Assembly: GCA_963716985.1 (NCBI GenBank) | Contig: OY970323.1 | Span: forward strand, 1,696,001 to 1,760,000 | Direction of reading: 5' to 3' | DNA from: an uncultured bacterium | GTDB lineage: Bacteria; Chlamydiota; Chlamydiia; Chlamydiales; SM23-39 | Length of the DNA: 64,000 nucleotides | Shown: piece by piece, positions 29,828 through 38,244 of the stretch | Position numbering within the stretch: the stretch's first letter is position 1 | Layout of the letters: each line of letters starts with the position of its first letter | The notes under the pieces: model-generated | Told to the model about the DNA's origin: nothing | Seen by the model: the letters and a program-made list of their open reading frames with translations, nothing else | Databases searched by the model: none | Translations under genes and position numbers: made by a program

Positions 29828-30474
29828 ATTAAGGGCGGTCTCAAAACCCTCTGTTACTAAACATTCACGAGTGTTCTCAACCGTTTGTCTACGGCAACAA
29901 AATGCATCGGCAATTTTTTGATCAGTCCAATTTGGACCATCTATATCGGCCTTCAATAAAACTTGTGCTCGACGAACTCTTTGCGATGTTCCTTTGAATT
30001 TTTTGACCACCTCTTCGAGTATGTTTCGTTCTTCTACCGAAAGGCGTACGATGTATTTTTTCTTCATAATGACAACCTCTTATACCTGTAAAATTGCATA
30101 AGACGTTATCAAAATTTTCAATACTTATAATCCTAAATTTTAATTATGACAGAGCACTACCGTGTTTTTAAGATACCCACAGCAATTGGTGGCTTTTCCA
30201 CATAAATAGTCTTCGAGATAATCTAGCGATTTTTTTTCTGCTTTGCCCCAAGTAATCTCTCCTATTGTCATAAGAACTCCTTGCAAAGTGAAATTGATTT
30301 TTTTTGAAAAAGCATTTATCAATTTGAGAATATTTGCAATTCAAAATTTGGGAAAAAAGGCGACATTACAACTTTGCGCCTACACTTCTTAATTTTTTCT
30401 TTACATCAAGACATCGGCGCTTTAGTATTTTTTGCAGATTTTTATCAGAATAATTTTTTTTGGAGGTTTTTTTT

Positions 30475-30909
30475 ATGCTTTCACATATATCACCATCTCC
30501 CGCCTCTCAGCATCTCTTTGCGACGGGAAGCCTTTCCGAAGTGGGACACACTTTCATGAAAGTTGTCCAAAAAGCTGTAGAGATTTTTTCAATCATCGCA
30601 AAGGATATTTGGAGCGTTTCGTGCAGAGCCGTTTCTTTGTTCTTCCATTGGATTGCCGTTGGGTTTTCCTATGTTAGACAATGGTCTATGATCGGCTGGA
30701 AACACTCTTCTGCTTTTGCTGTAAAAGCTTTCTGGTCTTCCGTTCATGCCAGCCATATCGGCCTTACCTATCTGAAAGACTTTGTTCGCATCTACCGCAC
30801 CGAGATCACTTTTACGGGCATCGGAGTTGTTGCCACAATCATCCTGACAAATCTTTTCGGACTTTTGCCCGATGATGCGGCTCGCTTCAAAACCAAAAAA
30901 GCTACTTAA
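30475..30909 (+). CDS. Hypothetical protein with C-terminal TM helix
   Basis: GGAGG RBS; amphipathic repeats followed by a hydrophobic tail. Confidence 0.6.
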   Translation: MLSHISPSPASQHLFATGSLSEVGHTFMKVVQKAVEIFSIIAKDIWSVSCRAVSLFFHWIAVGFSYVRQWSMIGWKHSSAFAVKAFWSSVHASHIGLTYLKDFVRIYRTEITFTGIGVVATIILTNLFGLLPDDAARFKTKKAT

Positions 30910-31089
30910 GAGAAGTGGCGACTTTCAATAATTTTATATTCATAACTAGGCAACAAGGCCTTGAACGACCTTGTTGCTTTTTCAGAAAAACCCGTCTTTT
31001 CCAAACATTTGCTTTGACTATAATACCCTCCTAGCGATAAAAGTGAAATTTAGCGTATTATTTACTTTGACCTCAAAGGAGAATGAGTC

Positions 31090-31347
31090 ATGATAAAACA
31101 AAAACAATCCAAATTCATGCAGCCAATGAAAGTCAGCGAAGAGTTGGCAGCAATTGTTGGCAAAGGCCCTATGCCACGAACAGAAGTTACAAAAAAATTA
31201 TGGGCCTATATCAAATCCCACAACCTCCAAGACAAAAAAAATAAGAGAAACATCAATCCGGATGAAAAGCTCGCAAAAGTTTTTGGCGGAAAAAGTTCGA
31301 TTAACATGTTTGAAATGACAAAGAAAGTCAATAAACACCTTTCCTAA
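31090..31347 (+). CDS. Stand-alone SWIB/MDM2 domain protein
   Basis: FMQP..VSEELAAIVG.GPMPRTEVTKKLWAYIK.HNLQD..NKR.INPDEKL. Confidence 0.95.
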   Translation: MIKQKQSKFMQPMKVSEELAAIVGKGPMPRTEVTKKLWAYIKSHNLQDKKNKRNINPDEKLAKVFGGKSSINMFEMTKKVNKHLS

Positions 31348-31367
31348 GTTATCAAAAAAGTTTTTTA

Positions 31368-31405
31368 AAAAAACCCAAAACAAATCCTTGTTTTTGGGTT
31401 TTTTT
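31368..31405 (+). terminator. Intrinsic terminator after the SWIB gene
   Basis: AAAAACCCAAAA...TTTTGGGTTTTTTT hairpin with T-run. Confidence 0.6.
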
Positions 31406-31450
31406 ATTTGTTAAAATGTCCCATCTTTTAATCATTCTTAAAAAAAAATT

Positions 31451-32143
31451 ATGACGACCCAAATCCCATTCGTTTCGCTCATTCTTCTCGGCGGCGGGAA
31501 GGGAAGCCGCATGGGATCACTCTCCCCAAAGCAGTTTCTCCCTCTTAAGGGAAAACCCTTGTTTCTGCACAGTTTTGAGTCGTTTCAAAAACTATCTTTC
31601 CTCTCGGAAATCATCATCGTCTGCCCAAAGGAGCACCGCTCTCTCTTTTCCCCTGGAAAACAAGAGCTGCTATTCGCAGAGCCCGGCGAAAGAAGACAGG
31701 ACTCTCTTTTTCGCGGCGCGCACAAGCTCTCTCCTCTTTCCCAAATAACTTTCATCCATGATGCGGCACGCCCCTTTGTCGAAGAAAAAGCCCTTTTAGA
31801 CCTGTTGGCCGAGGCAGAGGAAAACGGAGCCGCAACACTCGCCCTGCCCGTCACCTATACAATCAAAGAGTGCACCCTTGAGAGAGACGTTGTAAAAACT
31901 CTGAAAAGGGAAAACCTTTGGGAAATCCAAACCCCGCAGGCCATCAAAACCGCTCTTTTAAAAGAGGCGATTGTTTCTGCTCAAAAAAACCAGTGGGACG
32001 TCACGGATGACGTGTCGCTCGTAGAATGCATGGGAAAGAGAGTAAAGGTCGTGCAGGGGTTTAGCGACAATATCAAAGTTACCTATCCAATTGACCTTCT
32101 TCTGGCAGAAAAAATTTATGAAAAAAGAGAGAAAAAGATATAA
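31451..32143 (+). CDS. ispD: 2-C-methyl-D-erythritol 4-phosphate cytidylyltransferase
   Basis: GG.GSRMG...PKQF; RRQDS; IHDAARP; QTPQ; TDD; NIKVTYPID. Confidence 0.96.
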   Translation: MTTQIPFVSLILLGGGKGSRMGSLSPKQFLPLKGKPLFLHSFESFQKLSFLSEIIIVCPKEHRSLFSPGKQELLFAEPGERRQDSLFRGAHKLSPLSQITFIHDAARPFVEEKALLDLLAEAEENGAATLALPVTYTIKECTLERDVVKTLKRENLWEIQTPQAIKTALLKEAIVSAQKNQWDVTDDVSLVECMGKRVKVVQGFSDNIKVTYPIDLLLAEKIYEKREKKI

Positions 32144-32882
32144 ACTCACCATCAGCTATGATGGCACCCATTATTCCGGATGGCAAAAACAAACGGAGCG
32201 GGTGGTTTCCATTCAATCGTTGATTCAAAAAGCGCTGGAAACTGTTTTAAGAGAAAAGATTTCCTTGCTTGGATCCGGAAGGACCGACGCGGGGGTTCAT
32301 GCGCTGGCGCAAATTGCCCATTTCTCCACTGACGCCACTTTCCAAGAGGTGAAGTTGCGCCACAGTTTGAATTCGCTGCTGCCGAAAGATATCCGCATAC
32401 ACAAAATCGAGAGCGTAGATGACCATTTTCATGCACGCTACTCTGCAATTGGAAAAACCTATCATTACCATTTGCAAACAAGTGCTGTGCAAAACCCCTT
32501 TCGCAGGCTCTACGCCCTTCACGTTCCCTATCCGCTCGACATCCCTCTTCTCAAAGAAGCCGCCAACCATTTCGTCGGAACCCATGATTTTTCCTCTTTT
32601 GCAAACGACGCCAAAAAAGGCGCGGCGGCAAAAAATGCCATTCGCACCATCAAAAAACTCGCTATCATCGAAGAAGAAAACAGCTTGCGGCTCGAATTTG
32701 AAGGAAGTGGGTTTCTCTATAAGATGGTAAGAAATATCGTCGGCACGCTTCTGGAGATTGCAACCCACAAAATGCAGCTTAAAGATCTTCCCGCTCTCTT
32801 TGCTGCCAAAGATCGAACACGCGCTCCCATGGCCGCTCCGGCCCACGGACTCTTCTTAGTAAAAGTCGATTATCCCAAGTGA
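32118..32882 (+). CDS. truA: tRNA pseudouridine(38-40) synthase
   Basis: YDGT.YSGWQ.Q; GRTDAGVHA..Q; FHARYSA; GFLYKMVRNIVG; APAHGLFL. Confidence 0.97.
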   Translation: MKKERKRYKLTISYDGTHYSGWQKQTERVVSIQSLIQKALETVLREKISLLGSGRTDAGVHALAQIAHFSTDATFQEVKLRHSLNSLLPKDIRIHKIESVDDHFHARYSAIGKTYHYHLQTSAVQNPFRRLYALHVPYPLDIPLLKEAANHFVGTHDFSSFANDAKKGAAAKNAIRTIKKLAIIEEENSLRLEFEGSGFLYKMVRNIVGTLLEIATHKMQLKDLPALFAAKDRTRAPMAAPAHGLFLVKVDYPK

Positions 32883-33553
32883 TCGTCGGGAATATCTTCT
32901 AAAGAGGCATAGAGGATCACCTCTTTAGAAAAAGATCCGAGAATTTCCGGCGGCAAGGAAGAGATCATGACAATGGTAGCGGGCGTCTGCTGAAGCGCGG
33001 CAATTCCTCTCGGTGCATCTTCAAAACCAATGATGCGGCCCCCCTTTTTTCCGTAAAGAGAAATGGCGCGCAGATACCCTTCAGGGCTTGGCTTGGATTC
33101 CAGAAAATCTTCTCTCGTAATCCAATGGGGAATCGTCTTGAGAGGGGGAAGGGTATGCTTGATGAGATCGGTCTGGATTTTCGTGGAGTTGGTCACAACA
33201 CAGCGGGCAATGTTTGCCTTTTGCAGCTCTCTCAAAAGTCTTTCCACTCCGGGCATCAGCTCGATTTTCGATAAAGACAAAAGCTCTTCATAACGCCTTT
33301 TCTTTTCTGCATAAAGAACAGACCAGAGAAGCTCTTTTTCTTGCAGGCCCGGAAAAGTGTCCCAAAGGGCATCGCGAAGTGCTTCGGTATTGGGAGAGTG
33401 GGCGTAAGAGCAATAGGTCGAAAAGGACCAGTTCAAATCATATCCCCAGCGGCTGCACATATCTTTATATGCCTGAAATTGAATATTTTCCGTATTGACC
33501 AAAAGTCCATCAAAATCAAACAAGAACAACTGGTATTCATGAATCCATTGCAT
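32870..33553 (-). CDS. HAD family phosphatase
   Basis: FDFDGLLVNTE; VTNS; KPSPEGY; FEDAPRGI. Confidence 0.93.
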   Translation of the reverse strand: MQWIHEYQLFLFDFDGLLVNTENIQFQAYKDMCSRWGYDLNWSFSTYCSYAHSPNTEALRDALWDTFPGLQEKELLWSVLYAEKKRRYEELLSLSKIELMPGVERLLRELQKANIARCVVTNSTKIQTDLIKHTLPPLKTIPHWITREDFLESKPSPEGYLRAISLYGKKGGRIIGFEDAPRGIAALQQTPATIVMISSLPPEILGSFSKEVILYASLEDIPDDHLG

Positions 33554-33652
33554 CGCTTTTCCTATCTGGAAAGAGTATAGGGCATTTGGTGAAATTGAAG
33601 AAGAGTTGACATGTTTTTCCTCGGAGGATAAACAAAAAAAGAAAGGGTCTTT

Positions 33653-35554
33653 GTGCAGCTCGATCGAAAAATTCACATCAATTATCCATTTTTTGCCACT
33701 TTTTTTGTTTTCCTTCTTTTTTCCAGTTTTTTAAACATCTCGCTCGTTGTCCATCCCTTTTCCGCATTAAAAGCCTTTTTTTTTATCAATTCTTTGGCTG
33801 AAGATGCCATCGAGATCGCCCTGCTGATCTTTCTCACCCACTTTCTTGAAAAACATCTCTTCCGCAAAGGATTCCTTTGCTATCTGGCGCTCCTCTTTTT
33901 CCTCTGGATCATTCACCTGGTGGATTTTTTGCTCGTCCGGATGATGGATCTGAGTTTTCCCGAAGCGCTCAATTTCATACTCGATGAAACGCTTACCTCA
34001 TTTTTAGAGCTTCTCAAAGCCGCCAACATTTCTCTCTCATTTTGGCTTCTCATAGGACTTGGCTCTCTCTTCCTTCCGTTTCTCGGCATACTTGTCTACC
34101 AGGGAACCGATTGGCTGGCGAAGAAAAAACCTCTTCTCGTGTCTCAGAGCTCTTTTTTTCTCGTCATTTTTCTTCTGCCCCTCTCTCTTTTCTTTTGGAA
34201 TTTTTCCCACTCCTGGGCCATCCATCCAAGTCTCTTTCAACCCCTGCAAAAAGCCATGCCCTGGAAAACCCCCCTCTTTCATTTTTCCTCCCCAACGTTT
34301 TCTTTCAAGGGAAGTTTGAAAAATCGTTTGAAAAACGATCTCCCAAGTCTTGCCACATCCTGCCCCTCCCTTCAGGAAAAGGCCAATATCTATCTCTTTA
34401 TCATAGAAAGTTTGAGAGAAGATTTTATTACCGAGCAGAACACTCCCCATATCTTCCAATTTAAAAAACAAGAGCTCTCCTTTGATCTGGCACTTTCAAG
34501 CTCTAACGCAACGCACAACTCCTGGTTTTCCATCTTGCATGGCAAATATCCCTTCTTCTGGGCAGAGTTCAAAAAAAACCCCGCAGAAAGGGGATCTTCT
34601 TTCCTGCGCATTCTGAAAAACGTTGGCTACAAAACCCATCTTTATGCAGCTGCCGAACTTGATTATTACGGAATGAAAGAGCTGCTTTTTGGCACGGACC
34701 TCTCCCTGCTCCACGCAGCAAATTTTTTCCCCCATCACCCCACCTCTTTCATCTATCAATGCGATCAAAGGGCGATCGATGGGCTGTGTAGGGATTTGGC
34801 GCAAAAAGAGAGGGCGGAAAAGAGCTGTTTTATCACTTTTCTCGACTCCACCCATTTTCCCTATAGCTGGCCTCATGAAAAGACCCATTTTTTTCCAATA
34901 GAGAGCGAGATGTCTTGTTTTTCCGCTTGTCCGTCTGCTTATCGATTAGAAATCATTAAAAATCGCTATCGAAATGCCCTGCATGGGGTCGATGAGCTCT
35001 TTGGAACATTCATCGAAACGCTCAAAGAAAAAAACCTCTACGAGGAGGCGATTATCGTAATTACGGCAGATCATGGAGAAGAGTTCTTTGAACAGGGCCA
35101 TCTTTTTCATGCCTCGCATCTTTCTAATGAACAAACCCATATCCCGCTCTACATGAAACTTGGAAAAGTGGAAAAGAAAGAGATTCCCCCCTCCAATCAA
35201 ACGATCATTTCCCATGTCGACATTCTTCCCACGCTCTACCACTATCTTTTTAAAGATCTTCCTCCAAAAAACTTATATGACGGCCAGTCCATCTTCGATC
35301 CTAACAAACACCACTTCGCGCTCTCTTCCAGATTCAACGCAAGTAGAGCTCCTTATGAATTTTTTCTTCACGACGGAGAGAAAAAGCTGCTCCTTCGATT
35401 CAAAGATCAAAAAGCAATCTTTGAGACGCCCAAGATCGAATTTCTTCTCCTCAAGGACCGCAAAGACGAAATCCAGCTTTCCACTCCGGAAGAGGTTAAG
35501 AGAGAGGTCAACGAAAGATTTCAAGAGGCCTTTCAAAAAATCTTCTCTCCTTAA
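33653..35554 (+). CDS. Membrane-anchored sulfatase-fold protein (YejM/LapC-like)
   Basis: N-terminal TM bundle; FIIESLR; SSNAT; DSTHFPY; RYRNALH; TADHGEEF; SHVDILPT. Confidence 0.85.
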   Translation: MQLDRKIHINYPFFATFFVFLLFSSFLNISLVVHPFSALKAFFFINSLAEDAIEIALLIFLTHFLEKHLFRKGFLCYLALLFFLWIIHLVDFLLVRMMDLSFPEALNFILDETLTSFLELLKAANISLSFWLLIGLGSLFLPFLGILVYQGTDWLAKKKPLLVSQSSFFLVIFLLPLSLFFWNFSHSWAIHPSLFQPLQKAMPWKTPLFHFSSPTFSFKGSLKNRLKNDLPSLATSCPSLQEKANIYLFIIESLREDFITEQNTPHIFQFKKQELSFDLALSSSNATHNSWFSILHGKYPFFWAEFKKNPAERGSSFLRILKNVGYKTHLYAAAELDYYGMKELLFGTDLSLLHAANFFPHHPTSFIYQCDQRAIDGLCRDLAQKERAEKSCFITFLDSTHFPYSWPHEKTHFFPIESEMSCFSACPSAYRLEIIKNRYRNALHGVDELFGTFIETLKEKNLYEEAIIVITADHGEEFFEQGHLFHASHLSNEQTHIPLYMKLGKVEKKEIPPSNQTIISHVDILPTLYHYLFKDLPPKNLYDGQSIFDPNKHHFALSSRFNASRAPYEFFLHDGEKKLLLRFKDQKAIFETPKIEFLLLKDRKDEIQLSTPEEVKREVNERFQEAFQKIFSP

Positions 35555-35656
35555 ATAGAGGCCTTATTAGCAGCGAACAGGAATAATTTCATAGAAAAAA
35601 ACCCCTCCGTTTGGCATAATTTTTTCCACTTTTTAAAAAAAAATAACAGGAGTTTT

Positions 35657-36073
35657 ATGTCGCAATTAGCCATCCCTGAACATAGATTTTTTCAAGGGGA
35701 AAATCCAAGAGAACCAACTTTTTTTTCCCGTTCAACTGGTTCTAGTCAAGTTCGAGTTCTCAAGGTCACACCTATTTCTCCCACTCCAGACTTTCCCATA
35801 CCCATGGATCCCCTTATGATTAAACCTATCGGAATCCTTATGTTCAGACTTTTGGATGCCGTTTTTAAAGGAAAAGCGCAACCATTCATCGAAAACAATG
35901 GACAACTCGTGTTCGTCAACACACCGCCTATGCCCAAATTGGTTCGTGATCTAGGGGGAGAAACAACTACTGTTGAGATCAATAATCCTAAAGTGCGTTC
36001 TATTGTCGATGAACTCTTTCGATTATATCCACCTCAGGTCAAACAAATTTGCATCGCATCGTCGTTAGAATAA
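35657..36073 (+). CDS. Hypothetical protein, tandem paralog A
   Basis: AGGAG RBS; near-identical termini to 36279-36704. Confidence 0.75.
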   Translation: MSQLAIPEHRFFQGENPREPTFFSRSTGSSQVRVLKVTPISPTPDFPIPMDPLMIKPIGILMFRLLDAVFKGKAQPFIENNGQLVFVNTPPMPKLVRDLGGETTTVEINNPKVRSIVDELFRLYPPQVKQICIASSLE

Positions 36074-36278
36074 CCCGCAAAAAACTGGGGACGATTTTTT
36101 ATCGTATCGTCCCTGGATTCTTTTCAGAGAAAGCGGATTTTGCATCTTCCAGTGAAGCAATGTTCTTCAAAATATCCTTGCGGCCCGTCTTTGCAGAAAA
36201 AAGAGATTATTTCATAGAAAAAAACTTCTCCTTTTGGCATAATCTTTTCAATTTTTAAAAAAAAATAACAGGAGTTTT

Positions 36279-36704
36279 ATGTCGCAATTAGCCGTCCGTA
36301 AATATAGATTTTTTCAAGAAGAAAACCCAAAAGATGCAAGTTTTTTTTCCCTTTCAACAGGTTCTGCTCAAGTGCGAGTCCTCAAGGTCACACCTCTACC
36401 CTCCCCTAAATACACGAATCCATCCGATCTTAGGCGCATCGGAATCCTTGCGAGCAGAATTTTGAGTTTCTCGCTTCAAGGAAAAGTGAAACTTTTCATC
36501 GAAAAAAATGAACGACTTGTGCTCATCAGATCAACGGATGGGCAGCCTTTTAACAATTGTATTCATATTCAAGGAAAAGTAAGAATTTATGCTGCGATCG
36601 AAGATCCAATCCTTGCGAATAGAGTAAATTCCATTATCGACGAACTCTTTCGATTATATCCAGATCAAGTCACACAAATTTGCATCGCATCGTCGTTAGA
36701 ATAA
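36279..36704 (+). CDS. Hypothetical protein, tandem paralog B
   Basis: MSQLA...STGS.QVRVLKVTP and SI.DELFRLYP.QV.QICIASSLE shared with paralog A. Confidence 0.75.
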   Translation: MSQLAVRKYRFFQEENPKDASFFSLSTGSAQVRVLKVTPLPSPKYTNPSDLRRIGILASRILSFSLQGKVKLFIEKNERLVLIRSTDGQPFNNCIHIQGKVRIYAAIEDPILANRVNSIIDELFRLYPDQVTQICIASSLE

Positions 36705-36730
36705 CCCGCAAAAAACTGGGGACGATCTTT

Positions 36731-38143
36731 TTACCTTATCGTCCCTGGATTCTTTTCAGAGAAAGCAGATTGTGAACCTTCCAATGAAGCAATGTTCTCC
36801 AAAATATCCATAAGGCCCGCCTTTCTTCCGATGATCTTTTTTTGCGAATCAAAAATGAGAAGCGTCGGCATCTCTCGAACGCCATATTTTTCGGCAAGGG
36901 CCAACTGATCATCAACATCGATTTTCAACAACTTGACCCTTCCTTGAAACTCTTTGATTTTTTGATCCAAAAGAGGGGCAAGTCTTTTGCAAGGAGGGCA
37001 CCACTTGGCATAAAAATCGACCAGGACAATGCCTGAAAATTCCTTGAGCTCGTTTTGGAACTGCAATGCATCTGTAATTTCTACGACGAAGGAGGATCTC
37101 TTTTTTTCTTCTTGCATTGCTTTCATCTGTTGTTTTGGAGGAGAAAAAGCGGCAATGTACTGCTCCGCTTGTATAGCGGCAATCGCTCCCCCTGCGGCAG
37201 AAGTGATGGCCTGCTTGTACAACGGATCGGCGATGTCTCCTACTGCAAAAATGCCGCTTTGCGAAGTTTCTTGCCCTTTTTTGAGAAGGATATATCCTTC
37301 CGCATCGAGCTCTAACTGCCCTTTAAAAAGCTCCGTGTTGGGATGAGACCCAATACCTAAGAACACACCATCCACCGGAAGAGTCGTTTTTTTCTGAGAG
37401 GCCGTTTGAATCAAAAGGCGAGACACCCTCTGGTTTCCACCCTCGATGGCTAAGACCGTCGTATCAAAAAGGACATGAACGTTTTTTTTCTTCAAAACCG
37501 CCTCTTTTCTTTTCTCGTCTTTTACCTGAAAGCCGTTTTTTCGAACGATGAGGGTGACCTTTTCACATAGAGAAGAGAGATATTCCGCTTCTAAAATAGC
37601 CGCATCGCCCCCTCCAACGACGGCCACTTTTTTCCCCCGATAAAAAGCTCCATCGCAAAGTGCGCAGTGGGAAACACCCCTTCCCCAATACTCCTTCTCT
37701 CCGGGAACGGAAAGACGGTTGGGGGAAGCTCCCATTGCAATGACGCAGGAGGAGGCGTAAATCTCCCGCGTCTTTTGGTCCAATAATCCTCTCGCCACAA
37801 TTTTGAAAGGCTTTTGGGTAAAATCGACTTGCACGACCTCTTCAGGAAACATGCGCGCGCCAAAACCCTCAGCCTGTTTTTTTATTTTTTCGATCAAAGA
37901 TGCGCCGGAAATGTTCGTCTCTCCCGGCCAGTTTTCCACACAGTGTGCTTGCAGAAGAGCGCCTCCGGCGTCTTTCCCCTCGATCACATAGGGAGTGATG
38001 CCTCCTCTGCTTAAATAAAGCGCCGATGAAAGGCCTCCGACCCCTCCTCCTAAAACCACAACAGGCAACACTTCTTTCTCGGCAAAAGAGAAGCTAGAGA
38101 AAGACAAAAAGAAAAGAAAGAAAATCCAGCGATGTGAGCGCAT
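36731..38143 (-). CDS. Thioredoxin reductase-thioredoxin fusion with N-terminal signal peptide
   Basis: GGGVGG FAD loop; GVSHCALCDG; GGGDAA.EA; FAVGD..D..YKQAITSA; C-terminal VDFYAKWCPPCK. Confidence 0.9.
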   Translation of the reverse strand: MRSHRWIFFLFFLSFSSFSFAEKEVLPVVVLGGGVGGLSSALYLSRGGITPYVIEGKDAGGALLQAHCVENWPGETNISGASLIEKIKKQAEGFGARMFPEEVVQVDFTQKPFKIVARGLLDQKTREIYASSCVIAMGASPNRLSVPGEKEYWGRGVSHCALCDGAFYRGKKVAVVGGGDAAILEAEYLSSLCEKVTLIVRKNGFQVKDEKRKEAVLKKKNVHVLFDTTVLAIEGGNQRVSRLLIQTASQKKTTLPVDGVFLGIGSHPNTELFKGQLELDAEGYILLKKGQETSQSGIFAVGDIADPLYKQAITSAAGGAIAAIQAEQYIAAFSPPKQQMKAMQEEKKRSSFVVEITDALQFQNELKEFSGIVLVDFYAKWCPPCKRLAPLLDQKIKEFQGRVKLLKIDVDDQLALAEKYGVREMPTLLIFDSQKKIIGRKAGLMDILENIASLEGSQSAFSEKNPGTIR

Positions 38144-38244
38144 CTAATTCCCAGGGGCTTTGATAACGGATCCATTTTACTAAAAAAACATTTAAGATTT
38201 TAACAAATCTTGAGAAAAAAAAGAAAACTGCTACACTTCTACTT

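Larger units (their letters stand above)
25966..30159 (-). mobile_element. IS630-family element interrupted by IS66 and by a MITE
   Basis: Ends TAGTGCTCTGTCA / TGACAGAGCACTA with TA. Transposase pieces: 30067-29828, 29637-~29433, A8 frameshift, 29432-28853 (DEQP, DNLNTH, TPKHGSWLN.SE.E) and 26098-25976 (RTQTEAW...WQFT..DARHKLKSIYP). Confidence 0.9.
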
